Source: Hyphomicrobiales bacterium (GTDB taxonomy: Bacteria > Pseudomonadota > Alphaproteobacteria > Rhizobiales > Beijerinckiaceae). From it: a stretch of 64,000 bases of DNA. Within the stretch, counting starts at the first letter, position 1. Each line of letters opens with the position of its first letter. The notes below the pieces were generated by a model. That model saw only the letters and a list, made by a program, of their open reading frames with translations. It was not told where the DNA came from and searched no databases. The stretch spans positions 30,530 to 94,529 of the forward strand of contig JAIYCE010000047.1 of assembly GCA_027488155.1 (NCBI GenBank), in the 5' to 3' direction. Positions 20,251 to 30,486 of the stretch are shown piece by piece. Both the position numbers and the translations under genes were made by a program.

Positions 20251-21485
20251 GCACCGACACGATGAGCTTTGATATCGCAAAGGTCCGCGCTGATTTCCCG
20301 GCGCTGGCGATGGAAGTTTACGGCAAGCCCCTTGTTTATCTCGACAATGCTGCGTCTGCGCAAAAGCCGCGTCAGGTGATCGACCGCATGGTGCAGGCTT
20401 ACGAGCGTGAATACGCCAATGTGCATCGCGGCCTTCATTATCTTGCCAATGCAGCGACCGAAGGGTTCGAAGGTGCGCGCGAAAAAGTGCGTGCTTTTCT
20501 AAATGCGGCGTCAACAGATGAGATCATCTTCACGCGGTCAGCGACTGAAGCGATCAATCTCGTCGCGTCGAGCTATGGTCGTATGGTCAATATCGGCGAG
20601 GGCGATGAAATCATTCTCTCGATCATGGAGCATCATTCCAACATCGTGCCGTGGACGTTCTGGCGCGAGCGTCACGGCGCCGTGATCAAATGGGCGATGG
20701 TAGACGAAACGGGCAATCTCGATGCCGCCGAAGTTGAAAGACTGATCACGCCGCGCACTAAGATGATCGCTGTCACGCACATGTCGAATGTGTTGGGCAC
20801 CGTTGCGCCTGTCGCCGAGATCATTCGCATCGCCCATGCCCATGGCATCAAGGTTCTTGTCGATGGCTCGCAAGGTGCCGTGCATCTACCTGTCGACGTG
20901 CGCGCTCTCGATGCCGATTTCTACGTCTTCACCGGCCACAAGGTTTACGGGCCGACCGGCATCGGCGTTCTCTATGGCAAGCGCGATTTGCTCGCCGCCA
21001 TGCCGCCTTTCAATGGTGGTGGTGAAATGATTTCGGTCGTGACGGAAGATTACGTCACCTACAACGAACCACCGCATCGGTTCGAAGCGGGCACGCCGCC
21101 GATCGTGCAAGCGATTGGGCTCGGCGCTGCGATCGATTATATGATGCAAGTGGGCCGCGAGAATATTCTCGCGCAGGAAAATGTGCTGCGCGATTATGCG
21201 ATGGAACGTCTCGGCGCGATGAATTCGTTGCGTATCTTCGGCCATGCGAAGAACAAGGGTGCCATTGTCTCGTTCGAGATGAAGGGTGCCCATGCACACG
21301 ACGTTGCGACCATCATTGATCGGCAGGGCGTTGCCGTCCGCGCTGGAACGCATTGTGCCCAGCCTTTGCTGGCGCGTTACGGCGTCACCTCGACCTGCCG
21401 TGCGTCATTCGCTTTTTACAACACCAAGGCTGAGATTGATGTGCTTGCCGAGGCGTTGCAAAAGGCCGAAACTCTGTTCGGTTGA
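20247..21485 (+). CDS. sufS: Cysteine desulfurase SufS
   Basis: YLDNAASAQKP, ANVHRG, TGHKVYGPTG, RAGTHCAQP. Confidence 0.95.
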   Translation: MSTDTMSFDIAKVRADFPALAMEVYGKPLVYLDNAASAQKPRQVIDRMVQAYEREYANVHRGLHYLANAATEGFEGAREKVRAFLNAASTDEIIFTRSATEAINLVASSYGRMVNIGEGDEIILSIMEHHSNIVPWTFWRERHGAVIKWAMVDETGNLDAAEVERLITPRTKMIAVTHMSNVLGTVAPVAEIIRIAHAHGIKVLVDGSQGAVHLPVDVRALDADFYVFTGHKVYGPTGIGVLYGKRDLLAAMPPFNGGGEMISVVTEDYVTYNEPPHRFEAGTPPIVQAIGLGAAIDYMMQVGRENILAQENVLRDYAMERLGAMNSLRIFGHAKNKGAIVSFEMKGAHAHDVATIIDRQGVAVRAGTHCAQPLLARYGVTSTCRASFAFYNTKAEIDVLAEALQKAETLFG

Positions 21486-21500
21486 GGAAGGTCCCCCACC

Positions 21501-21887
21501 ATGGCCATGACACCCGTCGATGACGAAGTTCAGCCGAACCGCCCGGCGATCAATCCGGCAACCGCGCTCACGCCGGAAGAGATCGACCGTCTGACGGATG
21601 GGATTATTGCCGCGTTGAAGACCGTCTACGATCCCGAAATCCCAGCGGACATCTATGAGTTGGGCCTTATCTACCGGGTCGACATCAATGACGAGCGGCA
21701 TGTAAACATCGATATGACGCTGACCGCGCCCGGTTGCCCGGTTGCCGGAGAAATGCCGGGCTGGGTCGAGAATGCGGTCAGTATGGTCGAAGGCGTCAAG
21801 AGCGTCACCGTCAACATGACCTTCGATCCACCTTGGGATCAGAGCCGCATGTCGGATGAAGCGCGCGTCGCGCTCGATATGTGGTAA
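21501..21887 (+). CDS. SUF system Fe-S assembly protein (DUF59/SufT-like)
   Basis: DPEIPADIYELGLIY, MTLTAPGCP, FDPPW. Confidence 0.9.
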   Translation: MAMTPVDDEVQPNRPAINPATALTPEEIDRLTDGIIAALKTVYDPEIPADIYELGLIYRVDINDERHVNIDMTLTAPGCPVAGEMPGWVENAVSMVEGVKSVTVNMTFDPPWDQSRMSDEARVALDMW

Positions 21888-21971
21888 TCCGCAGGGCCTT
21901 TTCATTCCGCCCGCAAAGTCCTACATTTGTTCCATTCCGATCCGGGCCTTGAACCCGGCCAAGGAGGAAAC

Positions 21972-22343
21972 ATGGGCCTGAGCCTGAAAGTGATGAACCT
22001 CTCCGATGCCGCCGCCAACCGCGTACGGCAGATCGTTGAGGGCTCCAGCACCCCCATCGTCGGCATCCGTGTAGGCGTCAAGAATGGCGGCTGCGCCGGT
22101 ATGGCCTATACGATCGAAGCGGCAGAAGCGGTGCGCCCGGGCGACGAGATCGTGACCGAGAAGGGCGCGACCGTGCTTGTCGACCCAAAAGCTGTTTTAT
22201 TCCTGCTCGGAACCGAGATGGATTTCAAAACGGACAAGCTGGCGAGCCAGTTCGTGTTCAACAATCCGAACCAGACCTCTGCCTGCGGCTGCGGTGAGTC
22301 GGTCCAGCTTGAGCCAGCGAAGCTCGACCCCGCCCATGCTTGA
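21972..22343 (+). CDS. sufA: A-type Fe-S carrier SufA/IscA
   Basis: GGCAG and CGCGES motifs; AGGAGG SD before ATG 21972. Confidence 0.9.
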   Translation: MGLSLKVMNLSDAAANRVRQIVEGSSTPIVGIRVGVKNGGCAGMAYTIEAAEAVRPGDEIVTEKGATVLVDPKAVLFLLGTEMDFKTDKLASQFVFNNPNQTSACGCGESVQLEPAKLDPAHA

Positions 22344-22370
22344 TTGTTAGGCGCCGCGGCTTCGCGCCGT

Positions 22371-22607
22371 TCAAAACGCTTTGAAGGTCAAAATCGTGTG
22401 GGTGTCGACGATATCTGCGATCGTCTGCACTTTCTCGCCGACGAAATGACCGATATCGATCCCATCGTCCAAATGGAATTTGGCCAGAATGTCGAAATTG
22501 CCGGCGATTGAATAGATTTCCGAAGCGATTTCGGCATCCGCAAGTCGGCTTGCGACGTCATAGGTCTTACCGAGCTTGCATTTGATCTCGACGAAAAAGG
22601 TCTGCAT
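22371..22607 (-). CDS. Stand-alone Lrp/AsnC ligand-binding domain protein
   Basis: 78 aa, SEIYSIAGNFDILAKF pattern, no HTH. Confidence 0.75.
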   Translation of the reverse strand: MQTFFVEIKCKLGKTYDVASRLADAEIASEIYSIAGNFDILAKFHLDDGIDIGHFVGEKVQTIADIVDTHTILTFKAF

Positions 22608-22656
22608 CGGACACTCCCTGTCCCCGTCTTAGATCAAAAATCCGGACCGCCCGCAA

Positions 22657-23313
22657 TCAGGTGCGTAGACGGCCATTCTTCTTCACGATCACGGTCGTGC
22701 CAACATCGACGCGATTGTAGAGGTCGTAAATGTCTTCGTTGAGGAGACGAATGCAACCCGAGGAAACCTGTTCGCCGATGCTCCATGGCTCATTCGTGCC
22801 ATGGATGCGGAACAAGATGTCGTGACCGTTCTGGTAGAGATAGAGCGCGCGCGCGCCAAGCGGGCTGTTGAGCCCCCCTTCCATATGGTCGGGTAGGTTC
22901 TTGAGGAGCCGCTTCATGGTGGCCGTGGGGCGCCAATCGGGCCAGACAGCCTTGCGGCCGACATAGGCCATCCCACGCCAGGAGAAGCCTTGGCGGCCCA
23001 CGCCGATTCCATAACGAATGGCCGTGTCGCCGGGTTGGACGAGGAAGAGAAAACGCTGGTCGATATCGACCACGATCGTGCCGGGCTTCTCCCCAACCGT
23101 ATAGGGAACGGTCTGCCGGGCTAGTTCCCGTTTCATCTTCGAACGGTCGACAAGCGGAATGTCGTAGGGCTTATCCGGCATAGAGCCGATGTACCACTCG
23201 TCGTCGTTATCAACCTCCTCTGGCACCGTGGCCGCCTGATGTTGGCAGGCTGCGGCCGAGGCGGCGAGCGCGAGGACAAAACTACGGCGGGTGAGATGAC
23301 GAAACGGGGGCAT
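22657..23313 (-). CDS. L,D-transpeptidase (YkuD), probable Tat lipoprotein
   Basis: TRRSFV...AAAC signal; PLGARALYL, RIHGT, SSGCIRL. Confidence 0.92.
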   Translation of the reverse strand: MPPFRHLTRRSFVLALAASAAACQHQAATVPEEVDNDDEWYIGSMPDKPYDIPLVDRSKMKRELARQTVPYTVGEKPGTIVVDIDQRFLFLVQPGDTAIRYGIGVGRQGFSWRGMAYVGRKAVWPDWRPTATMKRLLKNLPDHMEGGLNSPLGARALYLYQNGHDILFRIHGTNEPWSIGEQVSSGCIRLLNEDIYDLYNRVDVGTTVIVKKNGRLRT

Positions 23314-23508
23314 GGCACGCGTGGTTGTGAAAGGGAAAATCCAGCGAGATGCTGGGGAGCGATCCCTTTAGCGAAACAAGGCAGATTCGACCATGCCGGA
23401 CCGGCCAGATTTTGCCCCTAATGAACGCTTCTCTTTCGCCCTGCGGCAGCCATGCAACAACGCAGGTTCGGCCAAGCGGCCATGCAGCGACTTCTTTGGC
23501 GCAGCCGA

Positions 23509-24813
23509 TCAGCTGCGGCCGACGCTGATATAAGAAAAGCCGCGTTTTCTCATGTCGTCCGGCCGATAAATGTTCCGTAGGTCGATCACGGTTGGGCTGT
23601 TCATCATGCGCTTCACACGATCGAGATCAAGGGCACGGAATGCATCCCATTCGGTAACAATGGCGAGCGCATCTGCCCCTTCTACGCATTCATAGGCATT
23701 TTGGGCGAAGCTGACGCCATCCAGCATGGATTTGGCCTGCTCCATCGCCTCCGGGTCGAAGGCACGGATCGTTGCGCCCGCTTTCTTCAGTTCGTTGATG
23801 ATAACGAGCGAGGGAGCTTCGCGCATGTCATCCGTGTTTGGCTTGAAGGCGAGGCCTAGAATGGCAATCGTCTTGCCCGCGACAGAGCCGCCGCAGGCTT
23901 TGACAATCTTGGTCGCCATCTTCTCTTTGCGACGATCATTGACCTCGACCACGGTTTCGACAATCCGCAGCGGTGCGCCAAAATCCTGTCCTGTCTTCAC
24001 CAGCGCCTGCGTATCCTTTGGAAAGCACGAACCGCCATAGCCCGGTCCCGCATGCAGGAATTTCGCTCCGATACGATTGTCGAGCCCGATGCCGCGTGCC
24101 ACTTCCTGCACATTGGCATCGACCTCTTCGCATAGATCCGCAATCTCGTTGATGAAGGTGATCTTCACAGCAAGAAAGGCGTTCGCGGCATATTTGATGA
24201 GTTCAGACGTGCGCCGTGCGGTGAAGACGAGCGGTGGCTCGTTTAGATAAAGCGGCCGATAGATTTCTTTCATCACCTCGCGGGCGCGCGGATCTTCCGT
24301 ACCGACGACAATACGATCGGGCCGTTTGAAATCGCCTATTGCAGCCCCTTCGCGCAAGAATTCTGGATTGGAAACAACAGCAAAATCCGCATCGGGACGT
24401 GCTTTGCGGATGATGGCTTCGACCTCGTCGCCTGTGCCGACAGGCACCGTCGATTTGGTGACGATAACGGTGTAGCCGTCAATCTCCTGCGCAATCTCTT
24501 CGGCCGCTGCATAGACATAGGATAAGTCTGCATGGCCATCGCCACGGCGCGAGGGCGTGCCGACGGCGATGAAAACCGCATCGGCGCCTTTGACGCCATC
24601 TCTGAGTGATGTTGAGAAGGCGAGGCGGCCCTCGCGGACGTTCTTGGCAACAAGTTCGGCAAGCCCGGGCTCGAAGATCGGCATCACGCCTTGTCGGAGC
24701 GCGGCGATCTTGTCCTCGTTCTTGTCGATGCAGATGACATCATGGCCGAAATCGGCAAGGCAGGCGCCGGAGACGAGGCCCACATAGCCCGACCCGATCA
24801 TCGCGATCCGCAT
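23509..24813 (-). CDS. ugd: UDP-glucose 6-dehydrogenase
   Basis: GSGYVG, NPEFLREG, GYGGSCFPKD, AFKPNTDDMRE. Confidence 0.95.
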   Translation of the reverse strand: MRIAMIGSGYVGLVSGACLADFGHDVICIDKNEDKIAALRQGVMPIFEPGLAELVAKNVREGRLAFSTSLRDGVKGADAVFIAVGTPSRRGDGHADLSYVYAAAEEIAQEIDGYTVIVTKSTVPVGTGDEVEAIIRKARPDADFAVVSNPEFLREGAAIGDFKRPDRIVVGTEDPRAREVMKEIYRPLYLNEPPLVFTARRTSELIKYAANAFLAVKITFINEIADLCEEVDANVQEVARGIGLDNRIGAKFLHAGPGYGGSCFPKDTQALVKTGQDFGAPLRIVETVVEVNDRRKEKMATKIVKACGGSVAGKTIAILGLAFKPNTDDMREAPSLVIINELKKAGATIRAFDPEAMEQAKSMLDGVSFAQNAYECVEGADALAIVTEWDAFRALDLDRVKRMMNSPTVIDLRNIYRPDDMRKRGFSYISVGRS

Positions 24814-24876
24814 GGAATGCCCTCCGCCTGTCCTCCCGCGCCTTTTAAACGGCTCAGGCCGCGGCGCAAGCGCGGG

Positions 24877-26076
24877 TTACATCTTGGGCGGGCTGGTCGT
24901 TCCCGTCGCCTCAGGCAGGGGGGCAAGGGGCGATGTGCTGACCGAGCCCGCGGGCGGGGTTGCCGGCGGCTGGGTTAGCGTCAATTTGATGGCCTCTTCA
25001 TCGACATAGGCCTGCGCCTGTCGATCCTCGACCCTGGGTTCGGCCAGCTGAGCACCAATGGCTCTCACCACTTGCGGCGCCTCGGCAAAGGTGCCGTGAC
25101 GGAAAAGGTCCGCGCCTTTGCTCGCGGTCAAATCATAGACGCGGACACCCAACCGGGCGATTTCCTCGCGTTGCTTCGGATCATCCAGATTGAGGGCGCC
25201 GACGCGCTGCCGATCGCCGGCCAAAGTCGACGAAAGCGATAGGGCTCGATCGTCCGCGGCCGCGAAGACCGAGATCTGCGCCGCCTTGCCGATACGCGCG
25301 AGTTGACTGCGGAAAACGTCGAGATCGATATCTGGCGCGGCCAGCATCACATCGCCGAGCTTGCCATTGAGATTGGGGTATCCCGCAATCGCGTTCTGCC
25401 GCAATGCTTCCATGGCTAGGAACGTTCCCATCGAATGGGCGAGCACATGGACGCGGCCAACGCCCGGCGTCTGGCCGAGATCGCGCAAAAGCTTTTCGAG
25501 TGCATCGCGTGAGGCGGTCGCGCTTTCACGGTCCGAACCATACGCGAGAAACTGATTGCGCGAGGGCCATGTGAATAGCACAGGCACACCGGTAAAGCCG
25601 GAATCCGTCACGATCTGGGCAAGCCGGAATCGTGCCTCGTCATAACCCGTATTGAACCCATGAATGAATACCAACACGTCGCGGCTGACGCCCACGCGCC
25701 CCGAAACTTGTGCGGCAATCTCAGAATTGAATTGCGCTTCATCGAGCTTGCGTTGCCCAACGATCACAAAATGTCGCCTTTTGCTCTCCGGCGTAATTCT
25801 GGGCCGCTCGATCACGCCTGGTTCATGGCCTGGCGGTACACTGATCGTTGTGGTGAGGAATTTCGCTTGCCCAGCCTCGCCTGTTGGCGATGCAAGGTCT
25901 TTCCGCGTCGTGACAACGAATTCCTGCACCAAGGTCGCGGGCTTCTTCTCGCCGAATAGGCTGGTCGACGGCAGAGAGGCAGATGGCATACCCGTCATGC
26001 TCGCACAGGCAGCGAGCAAGAGGCTCAACGCCCCTGCAATGAAAAGGGAAGGCCATGAGGTCCGAAACGAGGTCAT
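24877..26076 (-). CDS. DUF900 alpha/beta hydrolase lipoprotein
   Basis: Lipobox LAAC; VFIHGFN, FTWPS, AHSMG, LAAPDID. Confidence 0.87.
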   Translation of the reverse strand: MTSFRTSWPSLFIAGALSLLLAACASMTGMPSASLPSTSLFGEKKPATLVQEFVVTTRKDLASPTGEAGQAKFLTTTISVPPGHEPGVIERPRITPESKRRHFVIVGQRKLDEAQFNSEIAAQVSGRVGVSRDVLVFIHGFNTGYDEARFRLAQIVTDSGFTGVPVLFTWPSRNQFLAYGSDRESATASRDALEKLLRDLGQTPGVGRVHVLAHSMGTFLAMEALRQNAIAGYPNLNGKLGDVMLAAPDIDLDVFRSQLARIGKAAQISVFAAADDRALSLSSTLAGDRQRVGALNLDDPKQREEIARLGVRVYDLTASKGADLFRHGTFAEAPQVVRAIGAQLAEPRVEDRQAQAYVDEEAIKLTLTQPPATPPAGSVSTSPLAPLPEATGTTSPPKM

Positions 26077-26196
26077 TGTCAGCGATCTTTGGGATAGGCC
26101 TCAGGGGCTAATCCGAGCAGGTTTACAGCGGGTTAAAGATGCGCCTTCGGCGCAACCGCTTCTTGCCAGTCGATCATGTCGGGAAAACGGCAGACC

Positions 26197-27405
26197 TTAG
26201 CGCGGTTGCGTCGCTGCCGCGGCTTCCGAAACGCCTGAAGCGACGCCGCTGACCACGCCGACGGGCAATTCGACTGCAAGTCCAGCCGCCGTCCCGACCG
26301 TTTTGCCGACCGCGCCGGCAAACATGCCCATCTTATCGCCGAACGAGGCACCGCGTGTGGGGATCGAATCTGTGGCGAGGCGATTGCCGATCATCTGGAC
26401 GATTTCCGGCGAGGCGGCGAATTTCGCATGGTTGAGACTGTCGCTGGTCTTCACATCCGAGAGGTCGATAATCGTGATGTTAAGCGCCGACAATTTAGCC
26501 GTCATAGCCGGATCAGTTACTTGGAACGAACCGGCACGGTCCTCACTCTGCCATACGAATTTCGAAATGTTGAGCGCCTTGTCGTCATTCGACGTGAAAA
26601 TCGTGACCGGCTTCGGAAATCGGCCGAAGGTCAGCAATTGGCGCCGAAACACATCGATGTCGACATCGGGCGCGGCCAGCATCACATAGCCAAGCTTGCC
26701 ATTGAAAGTCGGATTGCCGCGGATCTTTGCCTGCCGCAACACTTCCATTGTCAACATGTTTCCCATGGAGTGGGCGAGAAGATCGATCTGCTGGGCACCG
26801 CTTTCGCGGGCAAGCATGATAAGTGTCTGCTCGAGATCGTCGCGCGAATAGATGGCGCTTTCGCGATCGTAGGGATAAGCGAGCAATTCGCCGCGCGACG
26901 GCCATGTGAACAGGATCGGCACGCCCTTGAATTTCGCGTCATAGATGATCTGGGCGAAACGGAAAATCGCTTCGTCGAACCGCGTATTGTAACCGTGGAT
27001 GAAGATGAGAACGTCGCGATCCGACGGTTTGCGCTTGGCTAATTCGGTACGCACCTTCGCCAGAAATGCACGCTTTTCGAGATAGTCGCGCGATACGACG
27101 GCGATGGATTTGCGCGGATCGGATCCAATCTCGAGCTGCCCTGTTTGGTGATTGGGCGGCATCGAAATCGTGATATCGGCATAATTGAGGTCGCGCGCGC
27201 GGTCACCCGAGAACATTAGGCCCGGCGGCTCTGCCGCCTTTTCTCGCGTCGTGGCGACGAGGATCGGAACCGCAATCGACCCATCGGGCACGCGCCCGAG
27301 CGCTTCGAGCGCCGATTTCGGCGGACCTGATGCGCAAGCACCAAGACACAAGGCGAGCGTGACCGCTGCCGCCGAAGGTGAGAATGAGCCAAAACCGAAT
27401 ATCAT
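26197..27405 (-). CDS. DUF900 alpha/beta hydrolase lipoprotein (paralog)
   Basis: Lipobox LGAC; IFIHGYN, FTWPS, AHSMG, LAAPDVD; start 27405 or 27456. Confidence 0.87.
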   Translation of the reverse strand: MIFGFGSFSPSAAAVTLALCLGACASGPPKSALEALGRVPDGSIAVPILVATTREKAAEPPGLMFSGDRARDLNYADITISMPPNHQTGQLEIGSDPRKSIAVVSRDYLEKRAFLAKVRTELAKRKPSDRDVLIFIHGYNTRFDEAIFRFAQIIYDAKFKGVPILFTWPSRGELLAYPYDRESAIYSRDDLEQTLIMLARESGAQQIDLLAHSMGNMLTMEVLRQAKIRGNPTFNGKLGYVMLAAPDVDIDVFRRQLLTFGRFPKPVTIFTSNDDKALNISKFVWQSEDRAGSFQVTDPAMTAKLSALNITIIDLSDVKTSDSLNHAKFAASPEIVQMIGNRLATDSIPTRGASFGDKMGMFAGAVGKTVGTAAGLAVELPVGVVSGVASGVSEAAAATQPR

Positions 27406-27531
27406 TCCTTGTTTATTCAATGCGCCTGCACTCCGGTCAAGGAAACATCCCGCCACAAGATGGGGATTTCATGAGCCAAGGTCGCCAGTCATGGATGACT
27501 TCGCCCCCTTCGCCCCTTTATGGAGATAGGG

Positions 27532-28527
27532 ATGAGTGCAGCCCGCGACCCCAGTTCCCTGACATCTCTCGCTGACGCCCTGATCGCGGGTGATCGCGCA
27601 GCCTTGGCGCGCGCCATCACCCTTGTCGAAAGCAAGCGCGTTGACCATAGGGCGCAGGCGCGCGACCTTTTGCAGATGATCTTGCCTCGGACAGGGCAGG
27701 CGATGCGGGTTGGCGTCACCGGCGTCCCCGGTGTCGGCAAATCCACCACTATCGACATGGTGGGGTCCAATCTCACCGAAGCCGGACATAAGGTGGCGGT
27801 TCTGGCTGTCGATCCCTCGTCGTCTCGTACGGGCGGTTCCATCCTTGGCGATAAAACGCGGATGCAACGTCTGGCAGTTGATCGCAGCGCGTTCATTCGT
27901 CCATCGCCATCATCCGGCACGCTGGGCGGCGTCGCGTCGCGCACACGCGAGACAATGCTGCTCTGCGAGGCTGCAGGGTTCGATGTGATTTTGGTTGAAA
28001 CCGTCGGCATCGGCCAATCGGAAACGGCCGTCGCCGATATGACCGATTTCTTTCTGGTACTCATGTTGCCCGGCGCTGGCGATGAATTGCAAGGCATCAA
28101 GAAGGGTGTGCTTGAACTGGCCGATATGATTGCGGTTAACAAGGCCGATGGCGAGGGTGCCAATCGCGCGCGCGCCGCAGCCGCGGAGTATCGTGCGGCG
28201 CTGCACATTCTAGCTCCCGCCTCGCCCCATTGGTCGCCTCCAGTGGTGATGATTTCCGGCCTCGCCAATCAGGGGCTCAAGGAAATGTGGGAGAAGATCG
28301 TCGAGCATCGCACAAGGTTCATTGCGAGCGGCGAATTTGCGGCCCGCCGCCGCGCTCAAGATGTAAAATGGATGTGGGCGATGATTGAAGATCGCCTGAT
28401 GGGCCGCTTGCGTGAGGACCGCACGTTACGCGCGCGGTTGCCGGAGATTGAACAGGCGGTGGCGGAAGGTCGGCTCGCAGCCACCGCCGCTGCCGAAGAC
28501 GTATTGGCACTGGCGGGGCTTGCATGA
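27532..28527 (+). CDS. meaB: Methylmalonyl-CoA mutase-associated GTPase MeaB
   Basis: GVPGVGKST, AVDPSSSRTGGSILGDKTRM, ETVGIGQSE, NKAD. Confidence 0.95.
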   Translation: MSAARDPSSLTSLADALIAGDRAALARAITLVESKRVDHRAQARDLLQMILPRTGQAMRVGVTGVPGVGKSTTIDMVGSNLTEAGHKVAVLAVDPSSSRTGGSILGDKTRMQRLAVDRSAFIRPSPSSGTLGGVASRTRETMLLCEAAGFDVILVETVGIGQSETAVADMTDFFLVLMLPGAGDELQGIKKGVLELADMIAVNKADGEGANRARAAAAEYRAALHILAPASPHWSPPVVMISGLANQGLKEMWEKIVEHRTRFIASGEFAARRRAQDVKWMWAMIEDRLMGRLREDRTLRARLPEIEQAVAEGRLAATAAAEDVLALAGLA

Positions 28528-29108
28528 AACTCCTTGTCACCGGCTTCGGACCTTTTCCCGGCGTACACCACAATCCAAGCGGCCAGATTGCGCTGGCGAT
28601 TGGCCGTTCGGCACGGCTGAAGCGGCAGGGCGTACAGGTATCGGCGCATGAATTAATCGTCACCTATGCGGCGCTGCCTGATCTGGCGGCTTTGATCGCG
28701 AGCGAAAAGCCCGATGCCATCTTGATGTTCGGCATTGCCGCGCGCACGAAACAACCGCGCTTGGAAAAGCGCGGCGAGAACCGCACGCGCCCGCTCTCTG
28801 TTGATGCCTCCGGAACAAGGCCTAAATCGCGCAAACTCGATGACTATGCGCCGCTCATCCGGAATGTCAGAGTTCCGTTAGAACCGTTGCGCTTGGCGAT
28901 TGCACGGCAAGGGTTCAAGCCGAAGCTCTCGAACAATGCCGGCGCTTATCTCTGCAATGCGGTGTTGTTCACCGCGTTGGGCGAGCGTCCGCAGACTCCA
29001 ACGATTTTTGTGCATGTTCCCAAATTGTCTCGCGACGGCATTCGCCGCATGGCGAAAGCCGGTGAAGAATTGGGCGCCATGTTACTGGCGCAAGCCCGTC
29101 GCACATAA
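28524..29108 (+). CDS. pcp: Pyroglutamyl-peptidase I (C15)
   Basis: LVTGFGPFPG, AGAYLCN, FVHVP; ATGA overlap with meaB. Confidence 0.82.
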   Translation: MKLLVTGFGPFPGVHHNPSGQIALAIGRSARLKRQGVQVSAHELIVTYAALPDLAALIASEKPDAILMFGIAARTKQPRLEKRGENRTRPLSVDASGTRPKSRKLDDYAPLIRNVRVPLEPLRLAIARQGFKPKLSNNAGAYLCNAVLFTALGERPQTPTIFVHVPKLSRDGIRRMAKAGEELGAMLLAQARRT

Positions 29109-29146
29109 CAGCGCTCAGCCGCGTCGCTGACGCGCGAGGACGCGTG

Positions 29147-30142
29147 TCACACCACCGCGCGTACAGTGCCGACTTCGATTTTGTTCCAATTCTTCAAATG
29201 CGGTTCGCCCAGCCCACGCAATTTCGCCTTGGTCTCATCGTCGAGCGGAAGAAACTTCGCAATTAGCGCTTCCATCACGGCCTGCGAAGCACGTGTGGCC
29301 CCATCGTCGATTTTGAGCGCGATGCCATAGCCAAGCTCAGGAAACGATGCGCAATAGACGCCTTCTGCGCCGGTCTTCATGAAAACGCGCTCGCGCAGAA
29401 TGTTCATCGCATCGGTATCGAAACGTCCCGTGCCCGCCACCATGAAGGGATGGGCCGCAACGGCTTTGAAGATGCGGCGCGCCGCTTCGGCGCGTTTCGG
29501 TTCAAGCCCATACCCTGTACCGAGTTTGGCGAAGCCTTGCGCAATGCCAAGCAGAGGCGCCGCATAAGTCGGAATTGAACATCCATCGGTGCCGCAGACA
29601 TCGTCACCAAGTGTGGCCCCAGTCATGGCCTCGCACACGATCTTGATCTCGCGCTGAACCGGATGGGCGCGCCCGACATAACCTTTGGGATCAAAATCGG
29701 AGGCGCACGCAAAGCAGAGAAAGCCGGAATGCTTGCCCGAGCAATTATTGTGAAGCGCTGTAGGTTCTTCATGTTTGGCCGCCAAAGCGCGTGTGGCTGC
29801 TTCGCCCATCGGCCAATGCGCGCCGCATTCGAGCGCGCTCTTGTCGAGACCCGCCTTTTTCAAAATGCCGGCAGCGGTGGCGGCATGTTCCGGTTCACCC
29901 GAATGGGAGGCCACGCACAGCGCAATTTCGGCGTCGGTGAGTTGGTACTTGTCGGCCGCACCGCTTTCGAACAAAGGAATCGCTTGGAACGCCTTCACCG
30001 CCGAACGCGGGAAGACCGGCACATCAATGTCCCCAGCTGAAGCAACGACCCCGCCCTTAGCATCGACGACAGCATAAGCACCACGATGTTTCGATTCGAC
30101 GCGCGTACCGCGGCTGACTTCGACGAGGACGGGATTGGTCAT
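29147..30142 (-). CDS. ansA: Rhizobial-type (class 3) L-asparaginase
   Basis: RSAVK, SHSGE, NNCSGKH, DGCSIP, KTGAEG. Confidence 0.88.
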   Translation of the reverse strand: MTNPVLVEVSRGTRVESKHRGAYAVVDAKGGVVASAGDIDVPVFPRSAVKAFQAIPLFESGAADKYQLTDAEIALCVASHSGEPEHAATAAGILKKAGLDKSALECGAHWPMGEAATRALAAKHEEPTALHNNCSGKHSGFLCFACASDFDPKGYVGRAHPVQREIKIVCEAMTGATLGDDVCGTDGCSIPTYAAPLLGIAQGFAKLGTGYGLEPKRAEAARRIFKAVAAHPFMVAGTGRFDTDAMNILRERVFMKTGAEGVYCASFPELGYGIALKIDDGATRASQAVMEALIAKFLPLDDETKAKLRGLGEPHLKNWNKIEVGTVRAVV

Positions 30143-30486
30143 TACGAATGCTCCGGAGGAGAGGAAGCTACAGACAGCGCAGCCACGACAGCGCGGAGGT
30201 GATTCATATCGTGTTTGGCGATTTTGACCAGTCTCTCCATGTCGATGGCATCATAACCATGCCGCAAAGCATTGCCGAGATCGGCAATTCCACGCCAGGG
30301 AATGTCTGGATATTGGGTCTTCAAAGCTTCGGGAATATGGCGCGAGGCTTCGCTGACGATTTCGAAGAACCGCTCCAGTGCCGCTCTCTCGATCCGATTC
30401 AGGGGATGCTTCTGTGCAGTGAGGGCGTCGATTTCATCGATGGCTTCGAGCATATGCCCGAGCCTGTCTTGCAAGGTTGGCTTCAT
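30142..30486 (-). CDS. HEPN/DUF86 (HepT-like) ribonuclease toxin
   Basis: ERFFEIVSEASRHIP...PDIPWRGIADLGNALRHGY; directly downstream of the MNT gene. Confidence 0.85.
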   Translation of the reverse strand: MKPTLQDRLGHMLEAIDEIDALTAQKHPLNRIERAALERFFEIVSEASRHIPEALKTQYPDIPWRGIADLGNALRHGYDAIDMERLVKIAKHDMNHLRAVVAALSVASSPPEHS

